Shown here one piece after another: positions 27,705 to 39,652 of a stretch of DNA of 64,000 nucleotides. The stretch's first letter is position 1. Each line of letters opens with the position of its first letter. A program made the translations under genes and the position numbers. This DNA comes from Candidatus Latescibacterota bacterium (GTDB lineage: Bacteria; Latescibacterota; UBA2968; UBA8231), in NCBI GenBank assembly GCA_965242865.1, contig CBDETK010000013.1, positions 768,001-832,000 of the forward strand, read 5' to 3'. The notes beneath the pieces were generated by a model, which was not told the DNA's origin, did not search any database, and saw only the letters and a list, made by a program, of their open reading frames with translations.

Positions 27705-28736
27705 TCAGTTGGTCTGCGTGCGCTGGGCGCGCTTGACGCGGCGCTTGGCGCGCTCGTGTTCCCGGTTGGTGCGGCTGAAGATGTGGGTGCCGTCGCCGCG
27801 GGCCACGAAGTAGAGATAATCGGTTTTGGCCGGATAGAGCACGGCGAGCAGGGCGGTGCGCCCGGGGTTGCTGATCGGACCGGGCGGCAGGCCGTGGTGG
27901 CGGTACGTATTGAAGGGCGAATCCACCTTTAAGTCGGCATAGGTCAGCCGCTTCTTGGTGGTGCCGAGCGCGTAGTTGATCGTGGCGCACGATTCGAGGC
28001 GGCGGTTGAGCTTGAGGCGGCGTTGAAAGACCCCGGAGATAATGGGCTGCTCCGCAACGGCCACGGCCTCGCGCTCGACGATGGAGGCCAGCGTCACGGC
28101 TTGGTGCAAGGAAAGCCCGAGTTCGTTGAGCCGCTGGTGCAGGGAGTCGGCGAATACGCGGTGGAATTGGCCGACCATGCGGGCGGCGATGGCGCGTTCA
28201 TCCGCGTTGAGGTCGAAGAAGTACGTCTCGGGGAAGAGGTAGCCTTCGAGGCTGGACGCGGCCACCCCGAGCTGGCGGATGAGGCGCGGGTCTTCGGTCG
28301 CGGCGACAAAGCGGGCCGAGTCCGCCACGCCGGCGGCCTGCAACTGCCCCGCGATCTGATGGCGATTCAGGCCCTCGGAAATCAGGGCCGATTGGGTTTG
28401 GATCGGGGCCTTGAGCAGGGCTTGGGCCAGAGCGACGGTCGTGCCCGTGCCGTCGAGGCGATAGGTGCCGGCTTCGAGCCGGTGCCCGAGGCCCTTGAGC
28501 CGGACGATCCACGCAAAGACCTGCGCGTTGTGGATTAGGTTTTCGCGCTCCAGCAACTGGCCGATCCAACGGGCACTCGCGCCTGGGGGGATGTGAATTT
28601 GGCGCGCCGGGTATTCGTAGGTAGGCCGGTTTAAGTGCCACAAGGCCCCCAGCGGCAACGCCGCTCCCACCAACCCGAGTGCCGCGCCGAGTACGAGGGT
28701 GCGGAACCAGCGTCTAGATTTGACTTGAGTTGCCAT
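27705..28736 (-). CDS. mltG: Endolytic transglycosylase MltG
   Basis: N-terminal TM helix; LEGYLFPETY, LASIVERE, SPFNTY..GLPPGPISNPG and YLYFVA. Confidence 0.93.
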   Translation of the reverse strand: MATQVKSRRWFRTLVLGAALGLVGAALPLGALWHLNRPTYEYPARQIHIPPGASARWIGQLLERENLIHNAQVFAWIVRLKGLGHRLEAGTYRLDGTGTTVALAQALLKAPIQTQSALISEGLNRHQIAGQLQAAGVADSARFVAATEDPRLIRQLGVAASSLEGYLFPETYFFDLNADERAIAARMVGQFHRVFADSLHQRLNELGLSLHQAVTLASIVEREAVAVAEQPIISGVFQRRLKLNRRLESCATINYALGTTKKRLTYADLKVDSPFNTYRHHGLPPGPISNPGRTALLAVLYPAKTDYLYFVARGDGTHIFSRTNREHERAKRRVKRAQRTQTN

Positions 28737-28759
28737 ACGGTCGGCCTAGCGGGAAGGAT

Positions 28760-28788
28760 GGGGGCCGGCACGGGGGCCGGCCCCCACG
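28760..28788. repeat. REP-like GC-rich hairpin in the mltG leader
   Basis: GGGGCCGGC-ACGGGG-GCCGGCCCC-CAC inverted repeat. Confidence 0.6.
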
Positions 28789-28912
28789 CCCCAAGGTGGA
28801 TTTTCAGAAAAAGGTGATGCGCCCAGCTATGAGAGGACGCGGGCTGTGAACGCAAGGTAAGGGCTAGTGCAAAAGTGAGGATCGGGAGTTTTTACCGCCA
28901 AGACTGAGAGCG

Positions 28913-28984
28913 AAATTATGAGAAAAGGCCGTCCCTGTCAATCGGCGTCGCTTTCTTGACGCTAGCGGGGAATCCGGTTAATTT
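28913..28984. promoter_or_regulatory. Divergent sigma70-like promoters (mltG operon / ABC transporter)
   Basis: Minus strand: TTGACA(28941-28936)-N17-TAATTT. Plus strand: TTGACG(28956)-N17-TAATTT. Confidence 0.55.
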
Positions 28985-29028
28985 GCCAACCTTTTGTCTC
29001 GCCGCCTCAACCCGCTAGGAGATTTTCG

Positions 29029-29970
29029 TTGGACCCCCAAGTACGCATCAGCATTTCGCAGCTTTCCCACACCTATGCGGGTACGGGCCGCCGGGCACTC
29101 CACGCCGTCGATCTCGACATCCACGCCGGGGAAACCATGGCCCTGTTGGGGCCTAACGGCAGTGGTAAATCCACGCTCCTGCGCATCCTGACCACTGCGC
29201 TGGTGCCGACCTCCGGGGCGGTGCGAGTCGGCGGCGCGGTCTTGGGGCGAGATTCGGCGGCGGTGCGCCGCCAGCTCGGCGTAGTCTTTCAAGAGCCGGC
29301 GCTCGACGGGAAGTTGACGGTCGGGGAAAACTTGCGGACGGCCGGGCTGCTCTACGGCATGGGCCGGCGCGCCGTGCGCCAGCGCAGCCAACAGTTGCTG
29401 GAGGTCGTGGGCTTGTGGGAACGGCGCCGCGAGCGGGTGGAAAAGCTGTCTGGAGGGATGCGGCGGCGCGTCGAACTGGCCAAGGCGCTGCTGCCAGCCC
29501 CGGCCATTCTCGCGCTCGACGAGCCAACGGCCGGTTTGGACCCGGTGGCGCGCCAAGACTTCTGGGGCCAAGTGGAGGAGCTCAAAGCGGGCGAACCGCT
29601 CACCGTGGTGGTCTCGACCCACCTGTTAGACGAGGCCGAGCGCGCGGACCGAGTGGCCATTTTGCACCAAGGCCAAGTGCTCGTCTGCGGTCCCCCCAGG
29701 GCCTTACAACGCCAGTTGGGGCGCGAAATCCTCACCCTGCGCAGCGACGATGCGGCCGCGCTGCAAGCCGCCCTGCACCGCGCCATGGGCCTAGAGGGCC
29801 TAGTGGTCGGTCGGGATGTGCGCGTGCCGCTCAAAAGCGACGTCAGCCTCGACGAGGTATTCCAGCGGTTCGGTGCCCAGATCCGCTCGCTGTCGCTGGC
29901 GCCGCCCTCGCTCGACGATGTGTTCGTGCGCCACACCGGCCAACACCTCGCGGAGGGGAAGGCCGCTTGA
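29029..29970 (+). CDS. ABC-2 type transporter ATP-binding protein
   Basis: GPNGSGKST, LSGG, LDEPT and STH. Confidence 0.92.
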   Translation: MDPQVRISISQLSHTYAGTGRRALHAVDLDIHAGETMALLGPNGSGKSTLLRILTTALVPTSGAVRVGGAVLGRDSAAVRRQLGVVFQEPALDGKLTVGENLRTAGLLYGMGRRAVRQRSQQLLEVVGLWERRRERVEKLSGGMRRRVELAKALLPAPAILALDEPTAGLDPVARQDFWGQVEELKAGEPLTVVVSTHLLDEAERADRVAILHQGQVLVCGPPRALQRQLGREILTLRSDDAAALQAALHRAMGLEGLVVGRDVRVPLKSDVSLDEVFQRFGAQIRSLSLAPPSLDDVFVRHTGQHLAEGKAA

Positions 29971-30731
29971 CCGGCGTCTGGATTCTGGCCCAGCGCGAAG
30001 TGCTGCGCTTTTTCCGCCAGCCTTCGCGGCTTTTGGGGAACTTGGTGCAGCCGCTGATGCTGTGGTTTTTTTTGAGCTCGGGGGTTTCCGCCCGCTTCAT
30101 CAGCGGGGGCCGCGAGGTGAGCTACGGAGAATTCTTCTATCCGGGCGTCGTGCTGATGCTCCTGCTATTCGCGGCGATTTTTTCCACCATCACCCTCATT
30201 GAAGACCGCAGCGTCGGTTTTTTGCAAGGCGTGCTGGTCGCGCCGGTGCCGCGCCTGAGCATCGCGCTGGGCAAGCTGGTCGGCGGTACGCTCATCGCCC
30301 TGTTGCAGGTGTTCGTGTTTTTGCTGCTGGCGCCGGTGGCTGGCCTCGGCTTGGCCGTGGACATGGCCGTGGTGCTCTTGGCTCTGTGCGCCCTGATCGG
30401 CTTGGGCTTTACGGGCTTGGGCTTCATGGTCGCGTGGCAGTTGGATTCCGTGGCGGGCTACCATTCGGTGATGAGCGTGGTTCTCATCCCCTTGTGGTTT
30501 CTTTCGGGCGCACTCTTTCCCATTGAAGGGGCCGCGCCTTGGCTCGAATGGGTGATGCAGTGCAATCCCGTGACCTATGCTTTGGTCGTTTTGCGCCAGG
30601 CGTTCTACTTGGCCCCGGCCCAACTCTTGGCCGATCCCGCGTTTGTGCAGGCCCTGCTGGTCACCAGCGGCTGGACCGGGCTGACGACCAGCGGGGCCGC
30701 TTGGATGGTGGCCCGCAGCCGCCGGTCCTGA
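29967..30731 (+). CDS. ABC-2 type transporter permease
   Basis: TTG overlaps the upstream stop; about six TM helices; FLSGALFP..NPVTY motif. Confidence 0.88.
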   Translation: MTGVWILAQREVLRFFRQPSRLLGNLVQPLMLWFFLSSGVSARFISGGREVSYGEFFYPGVVLMLLLFAAIFSTITLIEDRSVGFLQGVLVAPVPRLSIALGKLVGGTLIALLQVFVFLLLAPVAGLGLAVDMAVVLLALCALIGLGFTGLGFMVAWQLDSVAGYHSVMSVVLIPLWFLSGALFPIEGAAPWLEWVMQCNPVTYALVVLRQAFYLAPAQLLADPAFVQALLVTSGWTGLTTSGAAWMVARSRRS

Positions 30732-30733
30732 GG

Positions 30734-31147
30734 TCAGAGCCGGTAGAGCATTAGATAGACCACCACGCCGCTGACCGAGACAAAAATCCACATCGGCCAG
30801 ACCCAGCGGGCCAACCGGCGATGGCCGGCAAAATTTTGCTTGTACGCACACCAGACGACGCGGGCCACCAGCGGGGCCTGCACCGCGGCGAGGATCACGT
30901 GGGGGATGAGCACGGCAAAATACAGGGGGCGGGTCCAGTCGTAGTGGGGATAGGGCACGGAACCTACCTGAACATGGTAAATCAAGTACGAACAGAGGAA
31001 GAGCGCGGAGCAGCCGAGTGCGGCCAGCATGGACTTTTGGTGAGCTCGGCGGGCGCCGCGGCGGATCTGCAGGAAGCCGCGCACGAGCAAAACCGTGCAT
31101 ACAGTGTTGAGGCCGGCGTTTAGGGTGGGGAGATCGAGAACGGACAC
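30734..31147 (-). CDS. DUF420 family membrane protein
   Basis: LPTLNA..H..M..S.LFL.SYL.YH, H..LA and W..VS.SGV.VY.MLY. Confidence 0.88.
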   Translation of the reverse strand: MSVLDLPTLNAGLNTVCTVLLVRGFLQIRRGARRAHQKSMLAALGCSALFLCSYLIYHVQVGSVPYPHYDWTRPLYFAVLIPHVILAAVQAPLVARVVWCAYKQNFAGHRRLARWVWPMWIFVSVSGVVVYLMLYRL

Positions 31148-31156
31148 GGATCATTA

Positions 31157-31200
31157 AAAGAGGGCTTGCGCTGCTGGACTTACGGCACAAGCCCTCGTTG
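31157..31200 (-). terminator. Rho-independent terminator downstream of the tRNA
   Basis: GAGGGCTTG...CAAGCCCTC stem followed by a T-run on the minus strand. Confidence 0.65.
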
Positions 31201-31205
31201 GGGTG

Positions 31206-31281
31206 TGGAGCCGCCACCCGGACTCGAACCGGGGACCTACTCATTACGAGTGAGTTGCTCTACCAGCTGAGCTATGGCGGC
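31206..31281 (-). tRNA. tRNA-Thr(CGT)
   Basis: Reverse complement is GCCGCCATAGCTCAGCTGGTAGAGCAACTCACTCGTAATGAGTAGGTCCCCGGTTCGAGTCCGGGTGGCGGCTCCA: cloverleaf, anticodon CGT, encoded CCA. Confidence 0.97.
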
Positions 31282-31303
31282 TATGCTGTGAAGTAGGACT
31301 AAG

Positions 31304-31332
31304 AAACTAGGCGGGGCTAGCTACCGTGTCAA
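31304..31332 (-). promoter_or_regulatory. sigma70-like promoter for tRNA-Thr
   Basis: TTGACA-N17-TAGTTT on the minus strand. Confidence 0.65.
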
Positions 31333-31353
31333 ACCGCCCCGGGCGGTGCTGGG

Positions 31354-32568
31354 TTAAAAGAAATTGAATAGTTTGCTCAGCGCGTGGGCAAGGCCGTTGC
31401 GGGAGCGGTCTGCGTCGTGCGGCTCGCTTATTGCACTGTGTTCGTTGGCGACAAAGCGCAACAGGCCGATTGCGGTGGCATAGCTGGGGTCGCTGACCGC
31501 GGCTGGGGCGATCACGTCTTGAGGGACGCCGATGCGGACGTGGTGGCCGAGCACCTCCTCGGCGAGCGGGGCGATCTGGTCGAGCGCGGCCCCGCCGCCG
31601 GTGAGCACGATGCCGGCCGCCAAGCGGTCGTTGTAGGGGGTGCTGGCGAGGGTTTGGCGCACGTATTCAAAAATCTCGCGTTGCCGCGCTTCGATGATCG
31701 CGCTGACTTGCTGCCGGGTTAAGGAACAGGCCCGGCCGGCGGTCGTGTGATAGGCGACGGGTTGGTCGTCTTCTTCGCCGGAGCAGCTCACGCTGCCGAA
31801 GCGGCATTTGAGCTGCTCGGCTTCGCGCATGGGGATGCTCAAGACGATCGAGAGATCGCGCGTTATGTCGTTCCCCCCCAGCGGAATCTCTTCCACGTGC
31901 CGCATCGGGCCTGAAAACACGGCTAGGTCGCAGGTGCCGGCGCCGATATCGAGCAGGGCCACGCCCATGTCGCGTTCATCTTGGGATAAGGTGGCGTGGG
32001 CCGCTCCGACGCTTTCGAGGACGACGCCGGCGATCTCAACGCCGGCTTTGGAAGCGGCGTGGCGAAAGGCCGTGCATAGATGCCCGTCCGCGGCAACCGT
32101 TAGGACCTCGATTGACAGGCGATTGCCGTGTAACCAGAGCGGGTTTTGCACGGGCTCGTCATCGACGGCATAGCTCTGGACGAAGCGGTGGATCACCGTC
32201 TGGTCCTCGGCGGATTGTTCTTGGGCGACGGCGAGTAGGGCGCGGTCCCGGTCCTCTTCGGAGATCGGGTTGGAGGAGCCGGAGATGCCCACCGTACTGA
32301 CCGCGCGGTGAGCGCTGATGCCTTCGCCGGCCATGCCGAGATACGCCCCGGCGATTTTGAGGCCGGTCGAGCGCTCCGCTTCAGTGAGGGCCGTGCGGAT
32401 GGACTCGGCTACTTGGGGCATGTCGATGACGGCACTGCGGCGCAGACCGGTGCAGGGGCTTTGCCCTAGGCCCAAAATTTTGACTTGAGAATTGTTGTGA
32501 ACCTCGCCGACTAGGCACAAAACTTTTGCTGCACCAACATCGAGAACGACGACGGGGGATCCAGTCAT
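31354..32568 (-). CDS. ftsA: Cell division protein FtsA (outside a dcw cluster)
   Basis: LDVGAAK, LDIGAGT, LGGNDITRDL, AEQLK, IIEAR, GIVLTGGGA and an amphipathic C-terminus LSKLFNFF. Confidence 0.88.
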   Translation of the reverse strand: MTGSPVVVLDVGAAKVLCLVGEVHNNSQVKILGLGQSPCTGLRRSAVIDMPQVAESIRTALTEAERSTGLKIAGAYLGMAGEGISAHRAVSTVGISGSSNPISEEDRDRALLAVAQEQSAEDQTVIHRFVQSYAVDDEPVQNPLWLHGNRLSIEVLTVAADGHLCTAFRHAASKAGVEIAGVVLESVGAAHATLSQDERDMGVALLDIGAGTCDLAVFSGPMRHVEEIPLGGNDITRDLSIVLSIPMREAEQLKCRFGSVSCSGEEDDQPVAYHTTAGRACSLTRQQVSAIIEARQREIFEYVRQTLASTPYNDRLAAGIVLTGGGAALDQIAPLAEEVLGHHVRIGVPQDVIAPAAVSDPSYATAIGLLRFVANEHSAISEPHDADRSRNGLAHALSKLFNFF

Positions 32569-32762
32569 GGTTGGCGTACCTTCCTTCTAAGGGCCGCCGC
32601 AAAGCAGCGCGTAGGAACAGGCGGGGATATAATGAGGGAGGAGAGAAAAGCGACCGCTAGCGGCGGCTGTGCGACAAATAGTACCCGCGCTTACGAGCCA
32701 GACAAAGGGGGAAGCCGGCCTACCGTAAGCACTTAGCATGTAGTACTCATTAAGGATATGGA

Positions 32763-32845
32763 AGGATAGCGAAGCGGCAGGAGAAAGTCAAGCCCGCCAG
32801 AGGGCTGGAAATGGCCTTGACTGAGCCAAGGCTTGCGCCTAAGAT
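32763..32845. promoter_or_regulatory. Divergent sigma70-like promoters for ftsA and ssb
   Basis: Minus strand: TTGACT(32791-32786)-N17-TATCCT. Plus strand: TTGACT(32817)-N17-TAAGAT(32840). Confidence 0.65.
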
Positions 32846-32911
32846 AAGCGAAATTGGGAACGTTCATGGGCGCGATCGCGGCTGCGAGACGCCCGCAAAA
32901 AGGAGCGAATA

Positions 32912-33430
32912 ATGGCCCGTGGGGTAAACAAAGTAATTTTGATCGGCAATTTGGGCAGCGATCCCGAAGTGCGCTACACGCCGGACGGAGTGCCCGTAGC
33001 CAATTTCAGCTTGGCCACGACGGAAAGCTGGAACGACCGCAATACAGGCGAGCGCCAAGAGCGAACCGAGTGGCATCGGCTCGTGCTTTGGCGGCGGCAG
33101 GCCGAGGTGGCCCAGCAGTATCTCAAAAAGGGCAGCAAGGTCTATGTCGAAGGCAAGTTGCAGACTCGCTCTTGGGACGACCAGAGCGGTCAGAAGCGCT
33201 ATACGACCGAGATCGTAGTCTTTGACATGCAGATGCTCGATTCCCGCGGCGAGGGGGGCGGTGGCGGCGGCGGCGGTCGAGATGCTGGCTACACGGCCCG
33301 CGGCGAGAGCGGTGGCGGCGGTGGCCGAGACGCTGGCTACAACGCCGGCGGGCAAAGCACCGGCCCGGCCGCCCAGCCCGACGCAGCACCCCCGCCGCCC
33401 GGGGGCGACGACGACGATCTGCCGTTCTAA
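32912..33430 (+). CDS. ssb: Single-stranded DNA-binding protein
   Basis: [19 protein letters not shown], Gly-rich linker and DDDDLPF tail. Confidence 0.97.
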   Translation: MARGVNKVILIGNLGSDPEVRYTPDGVPVANFSLATTESWNDRNTGERQERTEWHRLVLWRRQAEVAQQYLKKGSKVYVEGKLQTRSWDDQSGQKRYTTEIVVFDMQMLDSRGEGGGGGGGGRDAGYTARGESGGGGGRDAGYNAGGQSTGPAAQPDAAPPPPGGDDDDLPF

Positions 33431-33432
33431 GT

Positions 33433-34285
33433 TTGGCCGGCAGCTTCTTCCACTTGTGGCTGGCCGAGCGGGCTTTTCCCCTAGTCTTTGGCGACCGCGC
33501 CGGCGAAGGGTCGCTCCAAGCGGCCTTTGCCGCGGGTTCCGTAGGCCCGGACATCGGTTTTTTCCCCGGCGGCCCGGCGGCCTTATCGCATCGGGCGCAT
33601 CTAGAGCGGTGCGGCGACTTTTTGCGCGCCCTGACCCAAGGGGCCGCCAGCCCTGACGAGCAGGCGTTTGCCGCGGGTTGGGGCCTGCACGTCTATGCGG
33701 ACTTGGCCGTGCATCCTTGGGTTGAGGCCCGGGTGGCCGCCTTGCTCGGCGAGGGCACTCGGCCGGCCGCGCCTGATTTGTGGCACCTGCGCTTGGAATG
33801 GGGCATTGATTGCCGCTTGCTCGCCGGCGAGGGGATGGGCGGGCTGTGGAGTGCGCGCTTGCACTTTCCCCGCCGCGCTGATGGCCGCAGCTTGTTGGGA
33901 GAAGTGGGAGCGGCTTTCTATGGCCGAGACGCCGACGAGAGCCTGCTGAAACGCGGGGAGGAGGCCACCGCCCGGTGGCTGCAGCGCATTCCCAAAATTC
34001 TCTGGTGGGGAGGGCATATCCGCATGGCCGGACGCCGCCCCAATCCCCTGTGTTCGTTGGCGTTTGCCCACTTGGGGCGCAAGGTCCTCGGGGATTGGCT
34101 CCAGCACTGGGCGCGGTTTAAGGACGGCGCGGCCTTGGCGCGTCCCTTGGTGCCCGCAGACCAAACCTACGAGCAGGTCGTCGAGTTAGGAGAATCAGCG
34201 GTGGAAAAATTTTGCCCGGCGTTTGACGAGGGGTTTGCCCAGTTGGGCAATCCCGATTTATACACGGGGACGGGCGAAGGACGCG

Positions 34286-34293
<8 letters not shown>
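33433..34293 (+). CDS. Zinc-dependent phospholipase C family protein
   Basis: N-terminal His, GSVGPD, H, GW.LH..AD...H and H..LE metal-binding pattern. Confidence 0.75.
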
Positions 34294-36760
<2,467 letters not shown>

Positions 36761-36767
36761 TCAAGTG

Positions 36768-38516
36768 ATGAGCAAAAAAAGACCTAAGCAGTTAATCAAC
36801 AAGCCCTTGGGAGTGCTGTCAACACAGGTTGTACTGGGCTTGTGGATCGCGCTGGGCGGCGGCCCTGCTCGGGCGGATTCGTCGGTTTACGTGCCTTTGG
36901 AGCACTGGGTGTACCGCTTTGTCGAGCGGCTTGAAGCACAAGGGAGAGCCGCCGGCCGCGCCGATGGCATTAGACCGTACAGCCGCCAGAAAATAGTAGA
37001 GCTACTTGACGTCGTGGATAAAAAGTATCGCCCCGAGCTGTCGCCGATCGAATTGGGACAACTGGACTTGTTGCGCCGCGAGTTTGCCCGCGAGCACGAG
37101 CATGCCCTGATCCACTATCGCGCCCGCGGCGGGGCCGTGTTCGCCGACGTTCTCGCCCGCCAACAAACCGACCGCTTTAGCGGCTGGGGCCGGTCGGCAG
37201 CCGAAGTGGTGTACCGCCACCGCGGCGGCGGCATCGTCCGCGGGCACTTAGGCCGCCACGTGGGCTTTCGCATGGCTTTTGAGCAGATCCGCGAGCAAGG
37301 CTCGCGCCACTACGCCTATCGCCACGACCTGTACGAGCGGCGGGTTGACCTGCCCCAGCTAAAGGGCCACGCGGCCGATTTTCACGAGGGCACTGCGTAC
37401 GTCAAGTTCGCGGTCGGGCCGGTGGAAGTTCAGTTGGGCAAGGACGAGGCGCTGTGGGGGCCGGCCCCAGAGCAGAATTTGGGGTTGGGCAACAACGCGC
37501 CGTCGTTTAACATGATCCGCCTGCAATCGCAGTTTGGGGCCGTCAAGCTGGTCAGCATCTCGGCCGAGCTGCGCCCGTGTCCCAACCGGCCGGACTCGCC
37601 GCTGTGCGCGGGGACCGCCGATTCAGCGGCGACCTATTCAGTCAACGGCATGGTGCGCCTGTTGGACCGCCAAAAGTACTTGGCCGCTCACCGCTTGGAG
37701 ATCGCGCTGACCCCGTGGCTCGACTTGGGCTTTCAGGAGCTGGTCGTGTACGGCGATCGGGGCCTAGAGCCGAGCTACGTCAACCCCTTGATGTTCTACT
37801 GGGCCGCCCAGAGCCACCTAGGCGACAAGGACAACCTCTTGCTGAGCCTAGACTTGGACATCCATCCGGGGCGCGGCCGGCGCTATTATCTGGCCTATCT
37901 GGTAGACGACCTGAAGAAGACCCGCATTTTTTCGGATGATTTTGCCAACAAGTTTTCCCTGCAGGCCGGCATGCTGTGGGTGGATCCGCTGGGGTTGGCC
38001 GATTCCGAGCTGCGGGCCGAATACGTGCGCATTGAGCCTTGGCTGTACTCGCATCGGTTTCCCATTAACACCTTTCGCCACTTTGACTCGCCGCTGGGGC
38101 ACGCCTTGGCCCCCAACAGCGACCAATGGCAGTTGGGCCTGACCAAGCGGGCGGCCCGAGACGTAGAGTTTGCGGTACATGTCACGCGCAGCCGCCATGG
38201 CGACAACGAGTTAGAGGAGGACGGCACCATTCGCAATGTCGGCGGCGATCTGCACTACGGCTGGCGGCCGGGGGACGAGCGCGCGACCAAGCAATTCCTC
38301 GACGGGCATCGTGTGCAGCGGACCGTGCTGGCCGCTGGCCTGAACTGGCGGATTTTGCCCGATCTCCAGCTAGAAACCCAATACGCGCAGGAGTGGGGCC
38401 GAGGCGTGCCGCTGCCGCCAGCGTGGGGCCCGGCCGTACCGCTAGCGTGGCGCACCGGCTACGGAGCGGGCCGCCAGCAGCACCTGCGCTTTGACTTGCG
38501 CTTGCACTATTTCTAA
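36768..38516 (+). CDS. Capsule assembly Wzi-like outer-membrane protein (start uncertain)
   Basis: Signal-like N-terminus; PYSR, GK....WGP....L.L.NNAP and KYLAAHRLE; C-terminal aromatic residue of a beta-barrel. Confidence 0.7.
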   Translation: MSKKRPKQLINKPLGVLSTQVVLGLWIALGGGPARADSSVYVPLEHWVYRFVERLEAQGRAAGRADGIRPYSRQKIVELLDVVDKKYRPELSPIELGQLDLLRREFAREHEHALIHYRARGGAVFADVLARQQTDRFSGWGRSAAEVVYRHRGGGIVRGHLGRHVGFRMAFEQIREQGSRHYAYRHDLYERRVDLPQLKGHAADFHEGTAYVKFAVGPVEVQLGKDEALWGPAPEQNLGLGNNAPSFNMIRLQSQFGAVKLVSISAELRPCPNRPDSPLCAGTADSAATYSVNGMVRLLDRQKYLAAHRLEIALTPWLDLGFQELVVYGDRGLEPSYVNPLMFYWAAQSHLGDKDNLLLSLDLDIHPGRGRRYYLAYLVDDLKKTRIFSDDFANKFSLQAGMLWVDPLGLADSELRAEYVRIEPWLYSHRFPINTFRHFDSPLGHALAPNSDQWQLGLTKRAARDVEFAVHVTRSRHGDNELEEDGTIRNVGGDLHYGWRPGDERATKQFLDGHRVQRTVLAAGLNWRILPDLQLETQYAQEWGRGVPLPPAWGPAVPLAWRTGYGAGRQQHLRFDLRLHYF

Positions 38517-38525
38517 GGCCATCGC

Positions 38526-39638
38526 ATGGAGCTCGTGGAGTTGCAAAGGGCGGGGTTGCTCTTGAGCGGCGCGATTTACGTGGGCAGCGTCCTCTGGCTG
38601 TGGCGCGGCTTGAGCCGGTCGCGCGCTGGCCCGGGCCGAGTCCGCGCTCGGCCCTCGGTCAGCGCCATCGTGGCCGCGCGCAACGAAGAGGCCACCTTGC
38701 CGCACTGCTTAGACGCCCTCGCCCGTCAGGATTATCCGGGCGCGTTTGAAGTGATCGTGGTAGATGACCGCTCGAGCGACCGAACATGGGACCTCATTGC
38801 GGCCAAGGCGGCGACTTGGGCGGCCCTCAAGGGCGTACAGGCCGCGCCCCACGGGCGCTTTACGTGCCCCAAGAAAAGCGCGCTAGCCCAAGGGATTGCC
38901 GCGAGCACTGGGGAGATTTTGCTCTTTACCGATGCGGATTGCCGCCCGCCCGCCGACTGGGTCCGCTCGATGGTGGCGCACTTTGCCCCGGAGGTAGGCT
39001 TCGTGGCCGGGTACGCGCGGCCCGACCCGGTCTGTGGGGTGCTGGCCAAGGTCTTGGCCTTAGACAATATCGGGGTCGGGGCGCTGGGGGCTGGCAGCTT
39101 TGGCATGGGGCAGCCGCTGTCGTGTACGGGCCGCAATTTGGGCTACCGCCGCCAAGTGTACGACGAGCTGGGCGGCTTCGCCCCAATCGGCCACCTGATC
39201 GGGGGCGACGATGTGTACTTCATGCGCTTGCTCAGCGCCCAAAACAGGTGGGCCATGGCGTTTAATCGCCGGGCTGTCGTGCGCTCGCAGCCGCCGCCGG
39301 CTACGCTCGCAGCTGCCGTGCAGCAAAAGCTGCGGCACGCGGCCAAAGGAGGCCACTACCAAGGCCGCGCCTTCTATTTGGCCGTGGGGGTCTATTTGTT
39401 CCACGGCTTTCTCGCGTGGGGGCTGGGGCAGATGCTCTGGAGCCAACGCTGGGATGGCTGGGTAGCCGGGGTGTGGTTGGTGCGCTGGGCCGTTGACTTT
39501 TTGCTGCTCAAGCGGATGGCCGAGCCCGAGGAGCGCCCCCTCCTGCGCTATTTGCCGCTGGTGGAAGTTTTGTATATTCCCTACGTGCTGGTTTTTACGG
39601 TTGTCGGCCGTTGGGGTTGGTTCCGCTGGAAACCCTAA
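38526..39638 (+). CDS. Membrane GT2 glycosyltransferase
   Basis: AARNEE, VDDRSSD, KK.AL, TDADC, GDD and QxxR; N- and C-terminal TM helices. Confidence 0.9.
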   Translation: MELVELQRAGLLLSGAIYVGSVLWLWRGLSRSRAGPGRVRARPSVSAIVAARNEEATLPHCLDALARQDYPGAFEVIVVDDRSSDRTWDLIAAKAATWAALKGVQAAPHGRFTCPKKSALAQGIAASTGEILLFTDADCRPPADWVRSMVAHFAPEVGFVAGYARPDPVCGVLAKVLALDNIGVGALGAGSFGMGQPLSCTGRNLGYRRQVYDELGGFAPIGHLIGGDDVYFMRLLSAQNRWAMAFNRRAVVRSQPPPATLAAAVQQKLRHAAKGGHYQGRAFYLAVGVYLFHGFLAWGLGQMLWSQRWDGWVAGVWLVRWAVDFLLLKRMAEPEERPLLRYLPLVEVLYIPYVLVFTVVGRWGWFRWKP

Positions 39639-39652
39639 CTGAAGGAGCTGAT

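Noticed and set aside
27703-27990. N-terminal extension of the PcrA ORF to 27990
   Set aside because: It overlaps mltG; homology to PcrA begins at the ATG at 27702.
31157-31281. tRNA-Thr as an integration site of a mobile element
   Set aside because: No duplicated tRNA 3' end or integrase was seen, and the flanking genes look core.
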